In this document: positions 9,683 through 18,802 of the stretch, piece after piece
How the letters are laid out: every line of letters begins with the position of its first letter
How positions within the stretch are numbered: position 1 is the first letter of the stretch
DNA from: an uncultured Hyphomicrobiales bacterium
GTDB taxonomy: Bacteria > Bacteroidota > Ignavibacteria > Kapaibacteriales > UBA2268
Length of the DNA stretch: 64,000 nucleotides
Reading direction: 5' to 3'
Assembly: GCA_964413155.1 (NCBI GenBank)
Contig: CAYPRT010000001.1
Span: 102,702 to 166,701 of the forward strand
Notes under the pieces: model-generated
Database searches by the model: none
What the model was told of the DNA's origin: nothing
The model's input: only the letters and a program-made list of their open reading frames with translations
Program-made: the position numbers and the translations under genes

Positions 9683-10800
9683 ATTCTCCCCTCCTTCTCG
9701 AAGATTCGTAAAATAATTTCCACAATTCTTTCCGAGGCTTTCCCATCCCAATACTTCGGAATTTGTGCATCTGTTTCAGGGTTGGACAAAACCTCTTGCA
9801 CTGCATCGATTAATTTTGATTTTTCTGGATAAACTAAACGATTAGTTCCAATTAGACACGTCACGGGTCGTTCTGTTGTTGTTCGCATTGTTATACAAGG
9901 AATCTTCAAAAATGTTGTTTCTTCTTGAATTCCACCGGAATCCGTAATAACAAACCGAGAGTTTTTCATCAGCTTAACAAAATCTATATAACCAAGTGGC
10001 TCGGTGGTAATTAGATTTTTAATATTGTCAATCCTTCTTTCGAAACCAAACTCCTCAATATTTTTTCGTGTTCTTGGATGAATTGGAAAAACAAGTTTTA
10101 GCCGGCTACAAATAAATTCGATAACATCAATCAAATTCGAAAGTTGCGTTCTATCGTCAACGTTGCTCGGGCGGTGTAATGTCATCAAAGCAAAATCTTG
10201 ATTTTCGAGTCCGAGTTGGTTCAATATCTTACTTTTTTCAATTTTTGGTAAAATGTAAACCAATGAATCAATCATTGTGTTCCCAACAAAGAAAATCGAT
10301 TCTAATTTATGTCCTTCGCGCAAAAGGTTATCTACCCCGCTTTGTTCTGTTACAAAATGGAAGTCACAAATCGAATCGGTTGCAATTCTGTTGATTTCCT
10401 CTGGCATTTTCCTATCGAAACTACGTAAGCCCGCTTCGATATGAGCAGTAAGTATGCCCATTTTCACAGCAGTTAAACTTGCTGCAATTGTAGAATTTAC
10501 ATCGCCAACAACAATTACTAAATCTGGTTCTGCTCGAAGGCATACCTTCTCGAATTCAATCATAATTTTTGCGGTTTGTTCGGAATGTGAACCAGAACCT
10601 ACGCCAAGATAAAAATTAGGTTCAGGAAGGTTTAAATCCTTGAAAAAAGCTTGGGACATTTCGTAATCATAATGTTGTCCAGTATGACAAATTAAATGTT
10701 CAAATAAATTACTATGCTTTTCCAAAGAACGATGTAATGGTGCTACTTTCATAAAATTTGGGCGGGCTCCGACAACCGAGATTATTTTAATTCTTTTCAT
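9679..10800 (-). CDS. wecB: UDP-N-acetylglucosamine 2-epimerase (non-hydrolysing)
   Basis: MKRIKIISVVGARPNFMKVAPL... with a conserved WecB/MnaA core and HVEAGLRS-like motif (HIEAGLRS). Confidence 0.85.
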   Translation of the reverse strand: MKRIKIISVVGARPNFMKVAPLHRSLEKHSNLFEHLICHTGQHYDYEMSQAFFKDLNLPEPNFYLGVGSGSHSEQTAKIMIEFEKVCLRAEPDLVIVVGDVNSTIAASLTAVKMGILTAHIEAGLRSFDRKMPEEINRIATDSICDFHFVTEQSGVDNLLREGHKLESIFFVGNTMIDSLVYILPKIEKSKILNQLGLENQDFALMTLHRPSNVDDRTQLSNLIDVIEFICSRLKLVFPIHPRTRKNIEEFGFERRIDNIKNLITTEPLGYIDFVKLMKNSRFVITDSGGIQEETTFLKIPCITMRTTTERPVTCLIGTNRLVYPEKSKLIDAVQEVLSNPETDAQIPKYWDGKASERIVEIILRIFEKEGRI

Positions 10801-10904
10801 TTACTTTGCTTGTAATAAATTTACAAAATTAAGAAAATAATTTGCGGGTATTGTTTGTCTTTTTTCTTGTAACATTTTTTATTTAATTGTGTTATTAAAA
10901 ATGA

Positions 10905-11474
10905 ATGAATAATGAGATAGAGAAATTAAGTGACAACGAACTATTTAAATTGCTTTCGAAAAAAGGAACTGAAAGCGAGCTTGCTTTTTTGGAAATTTAC
11001 CGTCGATACTCTGGTCGTATATTTGCTTATTGTAAAAGATTTTTAGGAAACAAAGAAGACGCTATGGATATATTTCAGGACACATTTGTTAATTTTTATC
11101 AAGCTGCCGATAATAAAGGAAGGGAGATGACTAATCTTCCAGCTTTTTTATTGCGAATTGCCCGGAACTTATGTTTAAATTTTGTTAGACAAAATAAAAA
11201 GACCTCTCATTTAGAAGATTATATGCGATACGAAAACAACTCGGACTTTGCAGAAAACGATGAACTACTTGGTATGATAAAAATAGCAGTACAACAATTA
11301 CCCGAGGACTACCGAGAAGCCTTCATCTTGCGAGAATATGAAGGTATGAGCTACCAAGAAATTGCCGAGTTTTTAAATATTTCACTACCGTTGGTTAAAA
11401 TCAGAATTTTCCGTGCAAAAGAAAAACTTCGCGAAATCCTTGCTCCTTATATTTCTGAATTGTCAAAATTGTAG
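10905..11474 (+). CDS. RNA polymerase sigma-70 factor, ECF subfamily
   Basis: Region 2 (DIFQDTFVNFYQ) and region 4 HTH (EGMSYQEIAEFLNISLPLVKIRIFRAKEKLR). 189 aa. Confidence 0.8.
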   Translation: MNNEIEKLSDNELFKLLSKKGTESELAFLEIYRRYSGRIFAYCKRFLGNKEDAMDIFQDTFVNFYQAADNKGREMTNLPAFLLRIARNLCLNFVRQNKKTSHLEDYMRYENNSDFAENDELLGMIKIAVQQLPEDYREAFILREYEGMSYQEIAEFLNISLPLVKIRIFRAKEKLREILAPYISELSKL

Positions 11475-11485
11475 AAGGTGAAACG

Positions 11486-12664
11486 ATGGATACAGAAAAC
11501 ATTTCGAAAAAAATCATTGAATTTCTCGATGGTGAACTTCCCCAAGCAGAAGAACATAGCCTTTTCTTTGCTCTTTCGGAAAGCGATGAACTACGAAACA
11601 TCTTGAAAGAACATCTTGCAATTTCTCGCTCTGTCCGAAATGATTTTTCTGCTTTTGTACCCCCAAGTTCCGCTATTTTTAATATTGCCAATACATTGAA
11701 TTTAAAAACAATTGGGAATGCAGTTGCCAATAAACCTTCCTTTTTCGCAAAATATGGCAAGAAAGCAGTTCTTATGCTGTCGACTTCAATTTTAACTTTT
11801 CTTTTGACTTTCCTTTTGATAAATTCACATGGCAGAAACAACTCCGAACCTGTTAAAGCAATTGTTCAAACTCCACCAATTATTATCGCTGAACACGAGA
11901 ACAATACTTCTGATGATAAGTATTTAACAAAACAAAAACTTAACAATGTTTCGAACATAAATCCAAATAGTTACTTTTTGGGCAAAGTTTCTAAATCATC
12001 GGCAGCAGTATCCGAACAAAGGCAACAATCCACATCAAACATCGCCTGCATTGAACCTATTACAAATAATCCGAACAACTTTAATGAAATTGACAGAAAT
12101 GTTTCATCACAGTATATTAAACCCACAAAACTTTTTTATTGTAGCTACCCGACAGTAAACACTTTGCTCCAAGATAAATCATTTGTAATAACTTTAAGAG
12201 GACTTACTGGTAAATCCTTTCCCAATCCCGACGTAGCAACAAACGAATTCCCATCTCTGTCGAACTTGAGCTGTGGCTTTTACTTTACCCAATGGAACAA
12301 CATCAAATTTGGAATTGAATTTGGAAGGGAAACCTTTGGACTTTCTTACGAAAACATTGAAAATGGAATTTTATTCAACTATGAACAAAAGCCATCAATT
12401 CTTTGGGGGGCTGTTGGAATTGACTATTCAATTCCTATTTCATTCTACAGCCCATTCCAACCATTTGTAACGGTATTGGCTGGTGGAACACAAATCGGTG
12501 GACCTTTAGTAAAAGGAATTGGTGGAATTCGTTATCGACCAGCAAATTCTAATTTCGAAGCTTACCTTGGCGCCGAAGGAACTTTGCTATTTTACCAAAA
12601 TCAAAAAATATTTTATTTAACAAGGAAAATTGGATTGACATATGGAATCTCGATTATTTTTTAA
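11486..12664 (+). CDS. Putative membrane anti-sigma factor (N-terminal anti-sigma domain, one TM helix, beta-rich C-terminal domain)
   Basis: 11 nt downstream of the ECF sigma gene. N-terminus EFLDGELPQAEEHSLFFALSESDELRNILKEHLAISRSV resembles an anti-sigma N-terminal domain. Single TM (AVLMLSTSILTFLLTFLLI). C-terminal ~130 aa is Gly/aromatic-rich and beta-strand-like, ending in F. Confidence 0.5.
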   Translation: MDTENISKKIIEFLDGELPQAEEHSLFFALSESDELRNILKEHLAISRSVRNDFSAFVPPSSAIFNIANTLNLKTIGNAVANKPSFFAKYGKKAVLMLSTSILTFLLTFLLINSHGRNNSEPVKAIVQTPPIIIAEHENNTSDDKYLTKQKLNNVSNINPNSYFLGKVSKSSAAVSEQRQQSTSNIACIEPITNNPNNFNEIDRNVSSQYIKPTKLFYCSYPTVNTLLQDKSFVITLRGLTGKSFPNPDVATNEFPSLSNLSCGFYFTQWNNIKFGIEFGRETFGLSYENIENGILFNYEQKPSILWGAVGIDYSIPISFYSPFQPFVTVLAGGTQIGGPLVKGIGGIRYRPANSNFEAYLGAEGTLLFYQNQKIFYLTRKIGLTYGISIIF

Positions 12665-13433
12665 ACTCAAGGTGTTGAAAAAGAAACTTACCATATTAAT
12701 TTTGGTCAGTTTTGTATTATCTTTTCAGTATTGTTCCCCTCCAACTGGACTCGATACTCCAATTAAGATTACTCCAAAAGAAAGGGAAAAAACATTCATT
12801 CGACCCCAGGTTTCTTTCTTTTCTTTCGAAGAAAATGGCGTCGAACAAAATTATTACAACTTTAATCCCAATCATTTTAAAATTGAAAAGGTCGAAATAT
12901 TTGTCGACACACTAATCCAACCACCAAGGATTTGGTTCCGTTTGATGACAGAAAAAGAAAATAAAGGAAAGATGGGCGACCACTGGCGAATTTTTATTAA
13001 ATCATTTAACTTCAATATAGATTCATTCCCTGTGCTTGGAATTCCTTTGAATATTAAAACTGGTGAATATCTAAATACTTGGATAAAATTTTTACTTCGT
13101 CGAGGCGCAAAAGAAAGTTATGATACTTTAATAGATCCTTGCAAATTGCCAAATTCCTTTGAAATCAATTTTTCGTTGAACAAACCATATCGGGAAATAT
13201 GGGCAACTGGGTATAGCAAACTGTACAACACTCGCTTCGAAACAATCCTGCGCGATACAACCATTATTGATTCTGTGAAAAAATATCGTTGGGATACTAC
13301 TTGGATCGATAACCAACCCGTCATCAAAAAAGAAGAATACTGGGAGAAAAAAGAAATTAAAATGAAAATCGAAGAAATAACTCCTTTCCCTGATTCTTTG
13401 ATATTAAATTTTAAATTCCGAATGAAATATTAA
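12642..13433 (+). CDS. Hypothetical lipoprotein/secreted protein, 263 aa
   Basis: Hydrophobic signal region KLTILILVSFVLSFQYC. Overlaps the anti-sigma 3' end; the true start may be the internal GTG/TTG at ~12672. No known motif. Confidence 0.4.
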   Translation: MESRLFFKLKVLKKKLTILILVSFVLSFQYCSPPTGLDTPIKITPKEREKTFIRPQVSFFSFEENGVEQNYYNFNPNHFKIEKVEIFVDTLIQPPRIWFRLMTEKENKGKMGDHWRIFIKSFNFNIDSFPVLGIPLNIKTGEYLNTWIKFLLRRGAKESYDTLIDPCKLPNSFEINFSLNKPYREIWATGYSKLYNTRFETILRDTTIIDSVKKYRWDTTWIDNQPVIKKEEYWEKKEIKMKIEEITPFPDSLILNFKFRMKY

Positions 13434-13482
13434 AAAATAAATTTTGTATGTATAAAATTTGTTTCTTCAAAATGGAGGTTTT

Positions 13483-16020
13483 ATGAAAATCAGAAACTTC
13501 TTGTGGGGAGCGCTCATTTTGGTTCTTTCATTATCTCCACTTTTCGCGCAAAACCAAGCACCAAATCCACCGCGACAACTCATTGGTACCTCCTCTCCAA
13601 ATCCCGATGGAACTTACAATGTAAAGCTTAGTTGGTTCATCGACAAAGCAAATTATTCAAATTATGTATTCCCCGATGGATTTAATATCTACCAAACAAT
13701 TCTCCAAGGTGGCGTTGTCAAAAATACCCTCGTTGGTTCTATTAATTCTAATCCAAATCAATTTAGCTACGAATATATAATTACCAATCTTGCTCAAGGA
13801 ACCTATCAGTTTTATGTGACTTCCTTCAAAGGGAATGTACAAAGTCAACCGAGCAACAAAATTACTCTACAACTTTATAACGAGAATAAGTACTATATCA
13901 AAATTATTTCGCAACCTCCACTATATGCTTATGTTGGGAAAAAATATGTTTATCAAATCAAAGTCACAACAAATTTAGATTGCCCGATCGATGTTTTTGA
14001 ATTCGAAGGGGATGTTCCAGAAGGAATGACAATTTCTCCCACTGGCTTAATTGAATGGACACCCCAACAAACCGGTATTTACAAAATCGAAGTAAAAGCA
14101 GGGACTTCGTGCAAAGTAAATGTTGAAGCCGCAAGGCAAACTTTCAAAATACAAGTTCTTGATAGCGTACCACCTAACGAAAAACCTTATGTAAGAATCA
14201 TTAGTCAGCCACAAAATTTTGCAACTATTGGAATTCCTTGGGTATACAAAGTTATTACAGAAACAAATGTTTATTGTGTTGTTCGATACAAAATCTTAGA
14301 AACAGATATCCAAGATTTAGAAATTAATGAAGAAACAGGTTTAATCTCGTGGACACCCCAAAAACCTGGTGTTTACAATTTCACGGTTATGGCATATCTC
14401 CTTTGCGATGACAATGTTTATGATAAACAAAAAGTTACAATCAATGTTGAAGAAAACAATGCAAACAATAATTGTGTACATTTAGTTGGATACGCTTCGT
14501 TCGAGGATGGAACTCTTGTGCCCAACGGAGTTGCAATTGCTTGGAAATTAGATTCGGACAATAATCAAACAAACTCTAATTTTAAAACAACAATTCAGCA
14601 AGGATTCTTCCAATTCTTCTTGCCACCTGGGGTTTATGTTTTTGAGTTCAACGGGGAATTATTTGACCACCAATTTTATGATAAAGCAACTCGATTGTTG
14701 GACGCAACCAAAATTTCCCTTGATTGCGAAAAAACCCCAGAATTCACGTTAAAAGTAGTTTTAACAAAGAAAAATCCACCAGAACTTTACAAAGTTTCTG
14801 GCTATGTCTTGGATGCTAACGATAATTCGCCTGTGCCAGCAATGGTTGAATTTATCCCCGTTGAAATGCTATTCAAGCCCGGTAAATTGAATAACTACGG
14901 AGTTGTTCCTCGTTTTGTAACAAAGACCGATAATGAAGGGAAATATGAAATTGAATTACCTAACAACTTTGCATACATTGCCCATGCAATTCCACTTGAC
15001 AAAACTGCCTATGCCGACCAGTATTACCAACTTTCCTCTTCACCATATAATGCAGATATTATAGTGCTTGTAGAAGATTTAGAAGGTATCGACTTCCTGT
15101 TGAAACCACAAGAAAAATTCAATAATGGATTCGCTGGTATTGTTATCGATAAAGACAGAAATCCAATCGAATCGCGAGTAATCGCAATACTGGTAAAACC
15201 AAATGAGCCGGCAAATTACGCTCCAAATTCAACCATTAGAGTTGTTGAAACAGACCAACAAGGACATTTCTTATTCCAAAATTTGCCACCGGGAGAATAT
15301 GTGCTGCTTTCTATTCCAAAAGATCCCAAGTATGTTCCGGGGTATTATAAAATGAATGACTTTGCAACATTAAAATGGCGCGAAGCTACGCGAGTTGCTG
15401 TCGATAAAGTTATGATTCAAATAATTTATGAAATCAAACACAAAGAACTAAGTTCTTTGAAAGGCTTGGTTACATTCTGTGGCTATGTTGGCGAAGCTTC
15501 GGGAATTATGAAATCATTCGATAAACCACAAAGTTATCCGCCAATAGGAGAGTCACTGGTTTTGGCTTTGGATATTCAAGGAAATGTCATAAATTATACG
15601 TTGGCGGACAAAGATGGCTATTTCATTCTAGAAGAACTTCCTGCTGGTATGTTGAAACTATTGGTTTCGAAAGTAGGCTACAAAGACCTTGAAACCACAG
15701 TCGATGCTAATTTTGAAAATAACTCTTATTTATACTTTGAGTTTAATTTGGAAAAGGAAGTTTCTTCGGTCGAAATCGATAATAATTTGAACCTAATCGT
15801 ATCGCAAACAGAAGATTTCTTGCTACTCGAAACCACATCCGAAACAGAAATTCAAGCAGTTAAATTATTTGACCTTTATGGAAAATTAGTCGTATCTAAC
15901 GAAAACATTCAAGCTACATCAACTCGAATTCCAATTAATTCTATTTCGAGCGGCATTTACTTCATCAGTGTCGCAACAAACAAAGGCTTGTATTCTGGAA
16001 AAGTTTCAATCGTTCGTTGA
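13483..16020 (+). CDS. Large cell-surface protein: signal peptide, two tandem He_PIG-type putative Ig domains, CarboxypepD_reg-like repeats, T9SS C-terminal sorting domain
   Basis: ATG at 13483 with GGAGG SD 5 nt upstream; the track start at 13459 is an extension. Two ~90-aa repeats (IISQPPLYAYVGKKYVYQIKV...GLIEWTPQQTGIYKIEV and IISQPQNFATIGIPWVYKVI...GLISWTPQKPGVYNFTV). C-terminus ...SGIYFISVATNKGLYSGKVSIVR is typical of a T9SS CTD. Confidence 0.6.
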   Translation: MKIRNFLWGALILVLSLSPLFAQNQAPNPPRQLIGTSSPNPDGTYNVKLSWFIDKANYSNYVFPDGFNIYQTILQGGVVKNTLVGSINSNPNQFSYEYIITNLAQGTYQFYVTSFKGNVQSQPSNKITLQLYNENKYYIKIISQPPLYAYVGKKYVYQIKVTTNLDCPIDVFEFEGDVPEGMTISPTGLIEWTPQQTGIYKIEVKAGTSCKVNVEAARQTFKIQVLDSVPPNEKPYVRIISQPQNFATIGIPWVYKVITETNVYCVVRYKILETDIQDLEINEETGLISWTPQKPGVYNFTVMAYLLCDDNVYDKQKVTINVEENNANNNCVHLVGYASFEDGTLVPNGVAIAWKLDSDNNQTNSNFKTTIQQGFFQFFLPPGVYVFEFNGELFDHQFYDKATRLLDATKISLDCEKTPEFTLKVVLTKKNPPELYKVSGYVLDANDNSPVPAMVEFIPVEMLFKPGKLNNYGVVPRFVTKTDNEGKYEIELPNNFAYIAHAIPLDKTAYADQYYQLSSSPYNADIIVLVEDLEGIDFLLKPQEKFNNGFAGIVIDKDRNPIESRVIAILVKPNEPANYAPNSTIRVVETDQQGHFLFQNLPPGEYVLLSIPKDPKYVPGYYKMNDFATLKWREATRVAVDKVMIQIIYEIKHKELSSLKGLVTFCGYVGEASGIMKSFDKPQSYPPIGESLVLALDIQGNVINYTLADKDGYFILEELPAGMLKLLVSKVGYKDLETTVDANFENNSYLYFEFNLEKEVSSVEIDNNLNLIVSQTEDFLLLETTSETEIQAVKLFDLYGKLVVSNENIQATSTRIPINSISSGIYFISVATNKGLYSGKVSIVR

Positions 16021-16042
16021 TAAACTAATAGAAGTGTGATTC

Positions 16043-16076
16043 AGAGGCTATCCAATTTGGATAGCCTCTTTTTTTA
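16043..16076 (+). terminator. Rho-independent terminator
   Basis: AGAGGCTATCC-AATT-GGATAGCCTCT hairpin followed by TTTTTTT. Confidence 0.6.
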
Positions 16077-16177
16077 ATAAACCAAAATTGCAGATGTAAA
16101 GCCAAATTTCGCAGAATTGAAGTACAAAATCTAAAAAGAAAAATTAAGAATTTATCCAACAAGCAGAAAAATCAGTA

Positions 16178-16963
16178 TTATTTTTTATCCAAATCCAGTT
16201 TCAAAGCCTTATCCACTAGAATTTCAAGATTTTGCAAAGGAGCATTTTTGGGGGATTGTTGTTTTTTGGCTTTTTTAGATTGAGTTGTTTTATCTATGGA
16301 AGAGTAAAATTCAAAACTAAAGGAATAGTTTCTTCGAGGGACTTTCAGTTCGGTTAAAAGATTTTGGATTGTTTCAGCTCTTTTTTCAGAAATAGCCTTT
16401 GCTTGATCTTCGGGGGTCACTAAAACTTTTGTTTTCTTTTTTCCCTTAACAATAGTGTGAGTTGTTTTTTTAAATAAGCTTTGATTAGTTCGAATGACAA
16501 TTATAAAAGATAATTTTGGATTGTTTTTCGAAAGAGTAGCTAAAAAATTCAATGCATTTTTCCCATCGTTGGTCAAATCGTATGAAGATTCTTCGAAGGC
16601 AACCGCTTTTCGAATTGAAACACCCGGTTCAAGTGGCACTAGAAAAAGATTCGCTTCTTTTTCGTAATAGCTTTGTTGCGATTGTATCTCGAGAGCAACA
16701 GGGTCAATACACAGCCAATTTTCAGCGAAAACAACATAATTACCAAATTTATTTAAAGGAATATGAAAGGAACCATCATTGCTGGACTTTACTGGAATCT
16801 TTTTCCCGTTTTCGTCGATTAAAAAGAATTTAATCTCCAATGGACTCCGAGTTTGGTAATTATATATTTTACCTTTCAATAAAACAGTAGAATTTATACC
16901 ACCACCTTGCCCAAGCAAGGTAAGTGGTATAAGAATAAACAAAAATAATACTCTAAACTTCAT
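16178..16963 (-). CDS. Hypothetical secreted protein with Lys-rich C-terminal tail
   Basis: Signal peptide MKFRVLFLFILIPLTLLGQ. N-terminal region looks like a CarboxypepD_reg-like beta-sandwich. No catalytic motif. Confidence 0.4.
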   Translation of the reverse strand: MKFRVLFLFILIPLTLLGQGGGINSTVLLKGKIYNYQTRSPLEIKFFLIDENGKKIPVKSSNDGSFHIPLNKFGNYVVFAENWLCIDPVALEIQSQQSYYEKEANLFLVPLEPGVSIRKAVAFEESSYDLTNDGKNALNFLATLSKNNPKLSFIIVIRTNQSLFKKTTHTIVKGKKKTKVLVTPEDQAKAISEKRAETIQNLLTELKVPRRNYSFSFEFYSSIDKTTQSKKAKKQQSPKNAPLQNLEILVDKALKLDLDKK

Positions 16964-17007
16964 TGTAAATTAGTAAAAAAGAAAAAACCCGAATTGGGGA
17001 ATAGAAA

Positions 17008-17103
17008 CTAACGATTTTTCTTTTTATGTCTATTCTTGCGAAGTCTTTTTTTTCGCTTATGGGTATTCATTTTATGGCGTTTTCTCTTTCTACCACACGG
17101 CAT
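17008..17103 (-). CDS. Unannotated 31-aa highly basic peptide, possible ribosomal protein bS22-like (below the ORF-track length cut-off)
   Basis: ATG at 17103 with AGAGGT SD; TAG stop at 17008-17010. Product MPCGRKRKRHKMNTHKRKKRLRKNRHKKKNR is about 65% Lys/Arg/His. Composition and spacing resemble the ~33-aa bS22 family (K/R-rich with a central H). Confidence 0.35.
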   Translation of the reverse strand: MPCGRKRKRHKMNTHKRKKRLRKNRHKKKNR

Positions 17104-17121
17104 AATTACCTCTGCAATTAG

Positions 17122-17433
17122 TTATTTATCATTTTGATTGTTTAAATTATCGTTTACTTTCTTCAAGAATTCAGGTGATGGCTTGAAAACGGGAACAACT
17201 CTTTTTTCCAGAGGAACTTCTTCGCCAGTTTTGGGATTTCTGGCAATTCTTGGCTTCCGCTCTTTCGATTTGAAAACACCAAAACCACGAAGTTCAATTC
17301 TTTTACCACTGGAAATTGCATCCATTATTGTTGTAAAAACTCCTTCGACTACGGCTTTCGTTTCGATTTTTGTTAATCCTGTTCGCTTTGCAATTTCATC
17401 AACAATATCCGCTTTTGTTACATTAATTCCCAT
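17122..17433 (-). CDS. hup: DNA-binding protein HU/IHF family
   Basis: MGINVTKADIVDEIAKRTGLTK...RIELRGFGVFKSKERKPRIARNPKTGEEV with the conserved arm RNPKTGE; short C-terminal extension. Confidence 0.85.
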   Translation of the reverse strand: MGINVTKADIVDEIAKRTGLTKIETKAVVEGVFTTIMDAISSGKRIELRGFGVFKSKERKPRIARNPKTGEEVPLEKRVVPVFKPSPEFLKKVNDNLNNQNDK

Positions 17434-17636
17434 AGTAACTCAAATATTTGTTATTAAACATTTTAGAAAAGCAAAATTAAAAAACTTGAACTAAATAAAA
17501 AAATCAAATTTATTAAATGTTCTTCGAAACTGATAAAATTATAATACTTACAAAGGTTTCGAGATTCTCAATTAAAATTCAATCTCATTATAAAAACAAT
17601 TTAATATATGCAGTAGATTTTTAAAAAACCAAAATC

Positions 17637-18740
17637 TTATTTCTTTTCCAAAACCAATTCATCTATTATTTTGCCACGCAAATCATATACCGTTAGCTTT
17701 ATTGAATCGGCGGTAACATCCATAATCCCGTAGTGATAGTCCTTAACCGATTTTTGCACAAATTCGGAGCTTTTCGGTTCATACAATGGAGCGCCTCCTC
17801 CAGCGAAAACTATATGATAAATTCCATTTACAAAACTTCTTTGATAGAAATGGTTATGACCGTTCAAAACTAAATCGACGTGATATTTTTCTAAAATTTT
17901 CGATGTTAGTTCTTGCATATTTTTGTTACCATTGTGTCCGCCCCAAGAATAAGCAGGAATATGAAATACAACAATTTTCCATTTTTTATTTGTATTTTCT
18001 AAATCTCTTTCGGCGAAATTCCATTGCGGAGAATTTGGTTTAACATCTGTTTCTGTATTCAAAATCAAAAAGTGTGCATCTCCATAGTCAAAAGAATAGT
18101 AATATTCATCATTTGATGAGGAAAACGGTGCCTGAAGAAATACTTTAGTTAATCCAGTTTTAGCTTCATGATTTCCTAATGAATTGAAGAAAGGTACACT
18201 GGAAATCAAGTCCTGTTCCTCTGGAGTGAAAAACTCTTTCTTCCATTCGAAATATTTCCCCGAATAGCACAGGTCGCCAGTATAAATTGAAAAGTTGGGT
18301 TTATGTTGAGCAATTTTTTTTGATTTTTTTGAATGAATTTCAGGATTGGAACGATTATCCCCTGTTATTGCTACTCGAAAAGAATTTCCAGCCGGAACTG
18401 CTGTTCTGAATTCAAAGATCAAAGAAGTATCGCCAGAATGAATAGCACGATATTTGTAAGTTTTGTTTGGCAAAAGGTTTGTCAGTTCAATTCTATGTAC
18501 AAAGGTTTTCGAGCGTCTGTCTTCGGCTATCCGAATAAACTTTGTCGAAGACAAATTTTCTAAATCTTGCTCGCCAAATTGAACAAAGACAGGCTCGCGA
18601 GTATCTGTTTCAGCCATTACAATGATTGAATTCTCCGTAACAGCTTGAAGATATGGTTTCATTAATAATTTGGCTCGAAGAGGAATAAAAGAAATAGTAA
18701 AAGCATGAAGGATTAGTATAAAAATTGCAACTTTCTTCAT
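17637..18740 (-). CDS. Calcineurin-like metallophosphoesterase (purple acid phosphatase-like) with N-terminal FN3-like domain
   Basis: Motifs GDLCY, GNHE, NGHNH (GD/GNH(E/D)/GH signature). Signal peptide from MKKVAIFILILHAF; start set at 18740, though the upstream ATG at 18785 is possible. Confidence 0.7.
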   Translation of the reverse strand: MKKVAIFILILHAFTISFIPLRAKLLMKPYLQAVTENSIIVMAETDTREPVFVQFGEQDLENLSSTKFIRIAEDRRSKTFVHRIELTNLLPNKTYKYRAIHSGDTSLIFEFRTAVPAGNSFRVAITGDNRSNPEIHSKKSKKIAQHKPNFSIYTGDLCYSGKYFEWKKEFFTPEEQDLISSVPFFNSLGNHEAKTGLTKVFLQAPFSSSNDEYYYSFDYGDAHFLILNTETDVKPNSPQWNFAERDLENTNKKWKIVVFHIPAYSWGGHNGNKNMQELTSKILEKYHVDLVLNGHNHFYQRSFVNGIYHIVFAGGGAPLYEPKSSEFVQKSVKDYHYGIMDVTADSIKLTVYDLRGKIIDELVLEKK

Positions 18741-18802
18741 AGTTTTGCTTTTGGAAAAAAAAGTATAATCGAAATTGATGTTCATATATTTTTGGAGTCG
18801 AA

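Noticed and set aside
9683-9751. 23-aa N-terminal extension of the epimerase ORF
   Set aside because: The Rossmann motif starts right at the ATG at 9682, which has GGAGGGGAG upstream. The extension overlaps wecB.
18741-18785. Upstream ATG (18785) as the start of the metallophosphoesterase
   Set aside because: It would leave only 17 bp to the divergent gene at 18803, and the N-terminal 15 aa precede the obvious signal peptide. It is kept as an alternative, with 18740 preferred.
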